From the NCBI RefSeq assembly GCF_964204645.1, contig NC_134028.1, forward strand, positions 15,011,653 through 15,075,652: a stretch of 64,000 bases of DNA, in the 5' to 3' direction. The position numbers and the translations under genes are program-made. A model generated the notes under the pieces. That model was given only the letters and a program-made list of their open reading frames with translations, did no database searches and had not been told where the DNA came from. How positions within the stretch are numbered: position 1 is the stretch's first letter; each line of letters starts with the position of its first letter. Positions 24,208 to 34,300 of this stretch are shown here, in pieces. The DNA is from Tubulanus polymorphus. Taxonomy: Eukaryota; Animalia; Nemertea.

Positions 24208-24607
24208 CCGACCCCCGAAATTGCCCAACCAATTTCTCAAAATTAACTTTCATAATAAAATGAACTTATCTTATGCCTAGCTTCACTGAAGGCAAGATCA
24301 CGATACCATCAAAAGATACACTATTTTTATCCATCATCAAATACTTAAAAAAAATTTAACTAAACTAGAAAATTACAACTTCTTAATAACAAAATTAAGA
24401 CGTTTAAGCCACTTGAAATGTCAAGAGCATGCTACACTCAACACCAATACATGCTATAGTCCCCTTTTACATTAAATACAAAAGTAAAATGCAAAAATCA
24501 AATTCTGACTCAAGCATAAGACAAAAACAAGATCAGTAAATTTATCTATTAAATTACTTAAATGACAGATTAAACTCGAGAAATATAAGTATTACAAGTT
24601 TTTAGCA

Positions 24608-26876
24608 TTACTCGGCTTCTAATAATAAAACCAACTTGTGAATCGGACGTACAAGTTCGTTATTGAATGTTTTAACCTTTACAGATCTGACAAGCCCTAT
24701 GGAGTCAGGATAGGTTTCAATGACTCTTCCCATGGCCCAACTATGTCTTGAGCCACTATCGGCCAATAAAACTACATCATTAATCTGGACATTACGTTTA
24801 GGTGACTGCCATTTCTGGCGCTCCTGTAAAAGAGGAAAGTACTCAGCTAACCACCTGCGCCAGAACTGGTCGGTCAGATACTGGACACTACGCCAGCGTT
24901 TATGCACATACAAATCATTTTTTACAAATAGACCTGGAATATCACAACTAATACATCTACCTAGTAAAAGGTGATTGGGAGTTAGTGGGGGATTATCAGT
25001 CACGTCACCTGACTGTCTCGTAAGAGGCCTATTGTTCAAAATACAATCAACTTCACACATAAGAGTAACCAGAGATTCATCAGTTAAACGACCCGGGTGC
25101 TCTTTGAGCAGCCCATATAAAACTTTCCTAACATCTCGTATAAGCCTTTCCCAGATCCCCCCAAAATGTGAACCTGTAGGTGGGTTAAACTCCCACTTTA
25201 CTCCTAATTTCTCTAATACATAACTGATTTTATCCGAATCAAGCCTTTTCAATGACAATTCTAATTCTGACTTAGTACCTACTAAATTTGTACCATTATC
25301 TGAACGAAGGGAGCGTACCGGCCCCCGTCTAGCTATAAACCGTCGGTACGCATCTATACACGAGTCGTCTCTAAGGATTGAGCAATTTCTAAATGTACGG
25401 CACGCGAAGTCATACAGGTAAAGATTACGCCATAACGTTTTACTTCGAATCTTTTGTGCTTAATTACGAATGGTCCGAAATAGTCAACACCTGTACATGA
25501 GAATGGTGGTTCTCGGATAGCTAGTCTTTCTGACGGTAGATCGGCCATTTTTTGTTGACAAAGTCTACCCTGGTATTTTCGGCACGGAACACACTTTCCA
25601 AGGATAGATTTCACAAGACCTGGTCCACCCTGAATCCAGTAATTCTCACGCAGTTTGCTTAAAACAGCTTGTTTTCCCAGGTGGCCCATATCGGCATGGG
25701 TTTCACGTATCAACAGTCTCGATAAATGTGACAATTTCGGCAAGATAATGGGATGACGAGCTTCAAACGGAACACTGGCTCGACTAGTACGTCCGCCTAC
25801 ACGCAGAATACCCGATTCGTCTATAAATGTGTCGAATTTATGCAGCGGACTACACCGTTTTACACGCTTCTTTTCATCCTTCTTTAAGGATTCGAATTCG
25901 TCACTATAGTATTTTCTTTGTTGACATCGGATTAGAACTTCCGTAGCTATTTCTAGCGATTTGACTGATGGTCTTTTGACCTTAAGTTTGATCAAGGCCG
26001 CTTCAACGATCTGCTTAGGTTGAGCATCTAATCTACGTCACATTTCTGCCTTAGATTTCAAATATGATTTCACGGAAATAAACCAACCAACCGCGCGCCT
26101 GAGTTGATGCCAGTTAGAATAATGATTTATCACTCTATCTAGACCTGATTCTTCCGTAACACTGGTGACACCGCAATGTTTCACCTCTGAGTCGCACTCA
26201 GTGCCGATGATTTCACAGTCTATAGGCCAATTTTCTTCGGATTCGTAGAGAAACGATGGGCCATTAAACCATCTATTCTCTCGTTGTTCATCTATAATAG
26301 TAAACCCACGTGAGGCATCATCTGCCGGATTGAGTTCAGTATTTACGTAGCGCCAATTACTTATATCGGAACCTTCTCGTATCGCTGACACTCGATTTGC
26401 AACAAACGTACGATATCTCGCGGTTTCATTTCTCAGATACCCTAAAACTACTTTACTATCGGTCCAGTAAATCAAATCATCCACTTTAATATCTAACTCT
26501 CTGATGATCGCTAGACTCAGCTTAACTGCAGTAAGGGCGGCGGTCAATTCGAGACGTGGGATCGTAGTGACCTTAAGCGGAGCCACGCGAGACTTTCCGA
26601 GCACAAGCATACACGATACATTTCCCTGTGAGTCTGTGGTCCGCATGTAAGTGGCGACACCATAACCCGATTCGCTTGCGTCAGCAAAACAGTGTAACTG
26701 ACACTGTTCCACCTCTCCAAAGTTACACGGATTGTAACAACGACGTATTCTTAATTTATTTACACGCTGAATACTCTGTAGCCACGTAGCCCAGATTTCA
26801 CGCTCTGATTGTAGTAGTTCGTCATCCCAGCCAGCATTTCTGCGACACAATTCCTGTAGAAGAATTTTAGCAGGCA
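24608..26876 (-). pseudogene. pol: BEL pol 3' part: RNase H and integrase (frameshifted)
   Basis: FADAS, KSRVAP...IPRLEL, WTDS, NPADDASRG; H..MGH...CVPC; GVDYFGP, SDNGTNL, GGIWERLI, PLTPNHLL. Confidence 0.93.
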
Positions 26877-26880
26877 GTAT

Positions 26881-28148
26881 TGATCCGCAGCAAGATTCCG
26901 TAGTAACTAAAAAATGTTTGTAATGATGGTTTTTGTTTGCGTTGGTGGTTTCTTTATGGGTATCAGACAGCAAACGATGTGTGCAAGTTGTTGTTTGATG
27001 CTTTGATCTACCAGCGCTGACAATAAATCAGCCAGGGGTAAAAATAATTCTTCCTCGGTTCTTGTGCGTCGATATCTGGCAAACATTCAGAATTATTTTT
27101 AAAAACTTAAGGATAGACGGAACTGTAATTGGTTGGGTCGGAACGATGAGGTGCTTTGATAGTGTGGTTTGTGCAGGGATCTCGCTGTTACTTCTTGATA
27201 CTCCCGACTACTTTCTATAAAAGGAAGAACCGGAAGTATAGGAAGACATGGTTGTTTTGCTTTATCCTGTAGTATTATAGAGTTAGTAAAATTATAAATG
27301 AAAATTGGTATAATAAGTATAGAATGATTTTAGATTTGATAATTAATTACATTGTATTTCTGAATCAAAAGTTTACTATTGTTGATTGGAAAAAGAAACG
27401 ATGAGTTTGTTCCATAATCTAGGTGAAAACTAAGTTTTGAAAATATATCTAAATTAAGTATCCTGGATGTTAATTAAGGACAAGACCTTTATAATCGCTT
27501 AAGTTTTATGGAAGTTTAATTGTGGCAAATATCAATACTAGCTCTCTAAGGTTTCTGTTGGTGTACATGTCTGTTGGTAACTCGTAGAGAATAGCTGGTC
27601 TCTCAACGATGATGAGTAGGGAGTGAGTAAATCAAAGCGCGTTATGACAGGAGGGTTGGAAAGAAAAGTTACTTTGGCAAATCAGTTTCTCAAATAATTT
27701 TAGATTAGCAAATCATTAAGGCTAATTCTACATGTCCAAAACCGTCATGACAGCTAGGTTGCTGCTCCTTGCCAAAAGTCGAACGGGAGAGTCGGCATTC
27801 TAGGAATGTCGATCTTTTCTATAAAAAAGGCCCGCAGTCTTGAGAAAGCAGACTTACCAGGGACGCTCGTTAAAGATACTTGAGGTTTGGGTGGAAATAC
27901 CAGAATTAAGACGGGTTACCAACAGTAGTGTACAATAGGAATTTGGAGTTAGGAATTGGACTGTGTACTATCTGGAGTTATTACTATCATCAAGGTAAAT
28001 AAAATCTATATTATTATTATATTCAATCAGAATTTCGGCATTTTAGTTTAATTATTTGGGTTTGTGCACGGACACGTTCTCTCGCCAGGGACCGATCTTT
28101 ACGTTTTTATATTCAACGATTAAGGAGAGGATTGTGACCGGTGTATCA
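26881..28148 (+). repeat. Gypsy 5' LTR (TATA-like TATAAAA 27820; AATAAA 27998; donor-like AAG/GTAAAT 27995)
   Basis: No difference from 40554-41821 seen by eye. Confidence 0.97.
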
Positions 28149-28149
28149 T

Positions 28150-28167
28150 TGGTGCCGAAACCCGGGA
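28150..28167 (+). promoter_or_regulatory. Primer binding site complementary to the tRNA-Phe 3' end
   Basis: TGGTGCCGAAACCCGGGA one base after the LTR; reverse complement TCCCGGGTTTCGGCACCA matches the animal tRNA-Phe(GAA) 3' end. Confidence 0.92.
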
Positions 28168-28225
28168 TATCAATAATCTTCGGTTTACGATAAACTTTTT
28201 ACATTAATTGTTTAGTTTTGTTCAA

Positions 28226-28753
28226 ATGGTACATATCTTCGTATGCTCCCACTGTGGTGCGAGGAACGCATTCTCTAAGAAGCGCCGCACTACAACCAAC
28301 TCAACATACAAAAAGAAATTGTGGGGGTCGAACCCACCTAATACCAAACCGTTTGAAATTCCGGTCGAGTTTCGGGAACCATTGTGGGATTTGAACCCAC
28401 TGCCAACTCCGGTCGACCCTGTTGAGACACTGCGGGATTCGAACCCCAGAGGTGCACAGCCATTTGAAATCCCGGAAGAGTATCGGGAGCCGTTGTGGGA
28501 TTCGAACCCACTGCTGACTTTGGCCGTATCTGCTGAGCCTTTACGGGATTCTAACCCGACCGACATTCAGCGCGAAGCTTCGATCACCTCGAGGGATTCA
28601 AACCCTCTCGAACGCCGGCAAAGGGTAAAGCCAGTGAAAGTGCCCGAGAAATTCGATCCATTTTGGGCACATTTCTTTCGTGATTTTGCAAACCCGGCCG
28701 AGTTGTTCTTTGGTGATAAAGACGCTGACGGCTATTTCCTTTGTCCAGTATAG
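28226..28753 (+). CDS. Gypsy accessory ORF1: CxxC, basic patch, six (W/R)DSNP-type repeats
   Basis: ATG 28226 after a TTTAG acceptor-like site; MVHIFVCSHCG...KKRR; repeat spacings 63/48/63/48/48 nt, all multiples of 3. Confidence 0.55.
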   Translation: MVHIFVCSHCGARNAFSKKRRTTTNSTYKKKLWGSNPPNTKPFEIPVEFREPLWDLNPLPTPVDPVETLRDSNPRGAQPFEIPEEYREPLWDSNPLLTLAVSAEPLRDSNPTDIQREASITSRDSNPLERRQRVKPVKVPEKFDPFWAHFFRDFANPAELFFGDKDADGYFLCPV

Positions 28754-28846
28754 ACTAAGGGGGTCTTATAGTACCAGTCAATTGTTAACTTTATGATTGC
28801 CTGATTGTTATTTGTGAAAAATATTTTGGTTGTTTGTAATTGATAC

Positions 28847-29287
28847 ATGTCAGCTGGGTTGAGGCGTGGTTACTGTGGGGCAACGGTGTCCAAGACGCAC
28901 ACGCTTGCCCCAGTCCCCAAGTCTAGTTGGGAGGTACCAGCTCATTTAAGGGAGCCACTGTGGGATTCGAACCCACTTAGCACCAAGGGGACCACTAACA
29001 ACAGAGCTGCTGAACAGCCACTGTGGGATTCGAACCCACTTAGCATCAAGGGTATTACCAACGACAGAGCTGTTGAACAGCCACTGTGGGATTCAAACCC
29101 ACTCAGCACAAAGGGTACCAATAACGACGGAGCGGTCGGACAGACTCTGAGGGATTCGAACCCTCCACCCGGCGGGCTTAATACTTATACGTCTACCTGG
29201 GATCAGGGGGATTTCAGTTTATGTGCTATCCCTGACCATAACGTATTGTTGGCTGATAAGTCGCGAATATACAGCTACTTTGATTAA
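28847..29287 (+). CDS. Gypsy accessory ORF2 with four 21-aa (63 bp) DSNP repeats
   Basis: PLWDSNPLS.KG..N repeats; flanked by AT-rich spacers. Confidence 0.5.
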   Translation: MSAGLRRGYCGATVSKTHTLAPVPKSSWEVPAHLREPLWDSNPLSTKGTTNNRAAEQPLWDSNPLSIKGITNDRAVEQPLWDSNPLSTKGTNNDGAVGQTLRDSNPPPGGLNTYTSTWDQGDFSLCAIPDHNVLLADKSRIYSYFD

Positions 29288-29379
29288 ATTGGGGTTATTT
29301 ATTGAAATTATAATAAGCAATTAAACTCGAATTGTATAATTTTCTTTTTGGTGATTATTATTTGTAAGTTAGTACGTTA

Positions 29380-30177
29380 ATGTCGGGGTCGATTACGGTA
29401 AGATGCACAAACAAACGTCGTAGCACTGGTTATTGGAGTACACTACCCCGAAAAAGGTGGCTCACTACTGTGAGTATAGCACCCGCAACACCTACCATCA
29501 TACCTGCTTCCCCTGGGACCAGTGCTGGGACTCCAACTTCTCAGTCTTCAGACTTTGACTTTTTGGATAGTTGTTTGTATTGTGAGTGCCCAACGTTAGC
29601 GGTTTTTCAGGACCAGGTAAATTGTACTTGCTCGTCTTCAGTGACCCCTTCTCCGCCCCTAAGTCCTTCGGGTACGGATTCGAACCGAAATAGCTCGATA
29701 CGGACTGGTGAACCTTTCACACGGCCGCCGTCATCAGCTGGATCAACCGGTTCCAGCGACTCAAGCTTTTCATGCTGTTGTTCGGTGCCGCCTGGTTCAC
29801 CTATAGGGATTGATCAGTTCGACTCAGAGCAACCGGCAGACCTGTCTGCAACTCGATCTTTAAACAGACCATTAGCAATTGTTACGCCTGTAGCGGGCCA
29901 ACTGTTGGGCGGACATTTGGGCGCACCTGTCCAAAGTTTCCCAGTAGACCTGTCCTTAGGTGCGTCTGCGGGTGACTAATCGTTGGATCTGTCGCCCAGC
30001 GGGGGTATAGGCCGATTTTCGGAAAGTCAGTCTGCCCTTGGCCCTTGCACTTCGTGGATTTTTGAGGAGATTGATGACATTCTTTCGTCATTTTTAAGGG
30101 AAGAGATTACGGTGGAGGAGGTTGCCCGCACTTGGGATAACCTACTTTGTTGGGCTGATCGCCAGGATCAGGTTTAG
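29380..30177 (+). pseudogene. Gypsy accessory ORF3: Ser/Pro-rich, Cys clusters, repeated PxDLS motifs; internal TAA at 29977
   Basis: ORFs 29380-29979 and 29983-30177 are in the same frame; PADLS, PVDLS and SLDLS. Confidence 0.55.
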
Positions 30178-30235
30178 AATTCAGAAGTAGCATCATCGTA
30201 GGAATAATAATAATTTGATTACTCTGGTTTAGAAA

Positions 30236-31381
30236 ATGGCAACTAGAAGCGGGACAACATACGGGTCGGACGATGCGGGTGGCTTGCAGGGGCAAACCTC
30301 TACAGGAGGGAACCCACAGGGTCACCCCCCAATTAGCAATGACACGGTTTTAGAGGCCCTCTTGGGCTTACGCGAACAGGTGGACACGGCCACCGCGTTT
30401 ATGAACTTCTCCATGCTCCCGAAATTTACAGGACGAGACAGTCAGTGTGTCTCTGATTGGTTCAGAGGGTTCAATCGTTTGGCCGATCTGAGAGGCTGGG
30501 ACGAAAATGCCAAAAAGAAACAGTTGTATTGGTTTTTGGCTGGCCCAGCCCTAGTTCTATTCAATGACCTCCGCATTGATCAGGCGACCGATTCGACCGG
30601 CACAAAAATTACCACTCCCTGGGAGCATATTGTCCATGCATTTTGCACGCAATTTAGCCCTACCTCGTGGGCCTTGGTCAAGGAGTCGGCCTTGACGACA
30701 ATGCGACAGGGGGAAACGCAACCGGTCGATAGGTTGCGGAGGAAATTGATCGGGTGGCCTCAAGTTTGAAGTTCTCGGATGTTATTGATCAATAACTCTC
30801 GGCCTGACATTTCAGTCTATCTGTTGTCGCAACGTCCAACAACTTTTAGGGATGCATGGGAGGCAGCCAGAATGGCTGAACATATCGAACAACGAAAGGC
30901 CCTGTCGTCTCCCAAGATATCGCAAATTGGGACCGAACCAAATAAGGCGATAGGGGATGTCATGACGGAGCTACGGGACATGTTCCACCAAATCATGGAC
31001 ACACAAAAGTCTACCCGAACTCAGCGGGATGATAGGGGTACTTATTATAGCGAGAACCGTCCATCACAACGGTCGCAAGATGGGCAGGTGGTGTGCTACC
31101 AATGTCACGCCCCCGGTCATTACGCCAGGAATTGTCCAACTTGGCGTTACGACCAACAAAGGTCGCGGGTCTCGCCAAACCGGGACGCATTTCAGCGTGA
31201 TAATCGCCGTCCCCAAAACTTTGGTAGGGGCCAGTTTCGGTCACAGAATATTGGACGTGGTTCCCAAGGGGCTAATCGAACATTTAGTCAGGGAAACGAC
31301 CGGGGACCTCATCCTATGGACCGACAAGGGTGGGGTCGCGCAATGAATGGTCAACAGAGCCCTCGCCCGATTCGGCGATAA
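30236..31381 (+). pseudogene. gag: Gypsy gag (capsid plus CCHC knuckle), frameshifted at ~30730-30780
   Basis: LPKFTG...WF...F..LA..RGW capsid pattern, QGETQPV (MHR-like), CYQCHAPGHYARNC, RG-rich tail. Confidence 0.9.
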
Positions 31382-34300
31382 GGAGTGATTTTTGGTGGGA
31401 CGACTCATATTCGTATCATAGATATGACGATGACAGTCCTGTAATCGACGATTATATTTTTAATGATGTTGATGATTATTTTGAGGACGATAGGGATGAT
31501 ATATTCGACATGTCATTTGATCAGGGCAACATGCTAGCTGACTCATTTTCTCTTTATTTTGAACCTGAGGGGAACTGTAATGTAGATTACTTAGATGAAC
31601 ATGAACCTTTACATTTGAATAAGTTTATTGATCATCACACTCCTTCATGGGGTGCCAATGACGTATATGACATTCAAGATCGTAACTTTGGGGACAGCTG
31701 GAGGGACAATACCCAGTTGTCGTTTGATGGAAATTTTTATATGGATCGGGGATCCAATTTTGAGGACTGCTGGATGAATAATTCCCAGTTGTCGGTTACT
31801 AGGGAGCCTGTAAAAAGACACAAGAGGGTCACATTTAGCGATCCGGTTGAATTGCAGGAGGTACGTGCAGATATGGCGTGCTCGGGTGACAATATTAGTG
31901 TTGATAGGTCACACCCTAGAGGGGTTAATGGTCCGACGGATTCGGCAGAAGATGACCTTTTTAGAGATAAGAAGTCTCAATTGAATTGTCACGAACGCAC
32001 TCTTGATCAGTATAATTACCCGGTAACTTCCGAATCAGCGGTACAATGTGACCTAGTGTCAGTTGATTTAAGTAATAACAGTTCACGGTCGGAATGTCGT
32101 AATGATCATCATGATACGGAGACTGTCGTATCAAATGTATCAAATCAGGGGTCAACATCGAAAAATTGTTGTCAGTTATTCGAAAAAGAACAGGATCGTC
32201 CTGTCACCTCGAATACCAGCGGTTTTCATCAACCAATCGGTAATGAAATGTCCAACGCACAGGACAGAGGTCAGGTTGTCCCCACGTCTGAACCGATTAT
32301 GCCAACCAACGACAATGTTGGAATAGGAGATTCGAACTCCGAGTTTCAACCTACTATTCACTATCAGGAACAACTTCCACCTATTACGACGACGTTAGGT
32401 AACACGCCAACCAACGACATATGGTCTCTTTCTAGTCAGAATAATCCTATTGAACAAGAGGTTTATTCCCCGTCGATCATGGCAACTGTCGCTAACCGAG
32501 TGACAGGTAGCCATTCGGGGACACCGTTAAGTATTTTGATCGACACGGGCGCCGAAATATCTGTATTATCGAACGATTATTTTACGACTCATCCTCAGAT
32601 ATCAAATGGCCCTTTGCAGGTCGGTCAATTCCAATCTGCCCGTGGGGTAGATGGAACTAAATTTGACCTGAGAGGAGTTATTTGTGTGGATTTTGTGTTA
32701 GGCAATTTGGAAATTACGCACTCTATGTACGTGGTAGACGGTATCACGTCCGATGTAATTCTTGGAGCTGATTTCTTAGAACAAAACCAGGCAGTTATTG
32801 ATTATGCAAGAAAGGCCCTTTTGTTACCAGGGGCCGATGCAATTTACTTCAACAATACTGTCAATTTGGGCAAGTCTTCGTCCGTCAAGGTTACGCGAAT
32901 GACTGTCATTCCCCCCTCATGTGAGGTCATCATAGACGGAAAGTACTCGATTGACAGGACACAAGCATCGGTGGCAGTCTTTGAGCCGGCAAATCAATTA
33001 AGGGCACATGATCTTATGAGTGCAAGGTCAGTTGTCGACGTTACGCAATCAGGCATTCCGGTTCGGGTCATGAATCCCACATCACGACATGTCACCCTCT
33101 ATGAGGATATGTGTCTTGGCCACTTATGGACAGATGGGTGGTCACTTGACCAATCCCTGAAGAATGAAGGGAATTCGGGACAGCTGACCCGACCTCCAGA
33201 GGTGTCTGTCACACATGTGGACTACCCTCAGACATCTGCTGACATTGGGATACCGGAAATAGATATGTCAGACTCGGACCTTTCTGTATCACAGAAAGCG
33301 GAACTTCTTGAACTAATACGATCGTATCGGGACATTTTTGCACGAACACCGGACGAACTTGGTAAAACTGACTTAGTCAAACACGTCATTGACACAGGGG
33401 ACGCGGCCCCAATTCGGAAAAGGCCTTATAGAGCCTCTCCGGCCATGCAAGAAGTTATTGACACGCATGTCAAACAGATGTTAGACATGGGGATAGTACA
33501 GCATAGTACTAGCCCATGGGCTGCCCCGGTCGTTCTCGTTCGGAAAAAGAGCCCGGACGGAGATGTCAAGTGGAGATTCTGTGTTGACTATCGGGGATTG
33601 AATGCTGTCACCCGTTCAGACTCTTTTCCCCTGCCTAGAATCGATGATCTCTTGGCTCAGGTTGGTCAAGCGGCACCTACATTCTTTAGCTCACTTGATT
33701 TTCTGAGTGGCTACTGGCAAGTTGAAGTTGACGAGGCCAGTAGGGATAAGACTGCTTTTATAACACAGTCGTCTCTTTTGGAATTTAAGGTACTCCCATT
33801 TGGTCTGAAATCGGCGCCATCTACCTTTCAGCGGTTGACTGGTGGTCTGCTGAGAGACTTGGTTGGGAAATTTTGTCTAGTATATTTGGACGATATTATC
33901 TGTTACTCGAATTCTTTTGATGGTCATTTAATTCACCTGGCTCAAATTTTCGATCGATTTCGTGAGTCAGGCCTTCGCCTAAATCCCAAGAAATGTCGGT
34001 TTGCTGTCAAAACCATTGACTTCCTTGGGCATCGAATATCTAAGGACGGGATCGCTACTGACCCGGAAAAGGTAGCAGCCGTACAGGAATGGCCTGTCCC
34101 CACGACTTTAAAAGAACTACGAAGTTTTCTGGGGTTCACCAATTATTATCGGCGTTTTTGTAAAGGTTACAGCACTATGGCGGCCCCCTTACACCAGTTG
34201 ACTAAGAAAGGCGTGCCGTATAGATGGGACGCTTCTTGTCAACAGGCTTTCGACACCCTTAAGCAAGCGATGCTCGAAGCCCCAGTATTGGCCTTCCCCA

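Noticed and set aside
23989-24280. ORFs in the BEL LTRs (also 51104-51362)
   Set aside because: They lie within LTRs, end differently at each LTR and have no recognisable motifs.
26877-26973. N-terminus of ORF 26038-26973 and ORF 40305-40646
   Set aside because: Chimeric read-through from the antisense Gypsy LTR; not real protein starts.
28321-29165. Minus-strand tRNA genes or a CRISPR-like array
   Set aside because: Only the T-arm is recognisable; I could not fold convincing acceptor, D and anticodon arms. Spacers are related to each other, there are no cas genes, and the context is eukaryotic.
29570-29590. LxCxE Rb-binding motif in ORF3 (LYCEC)
   Set aside because: The fifth residue is C rather than E, so it does not match.
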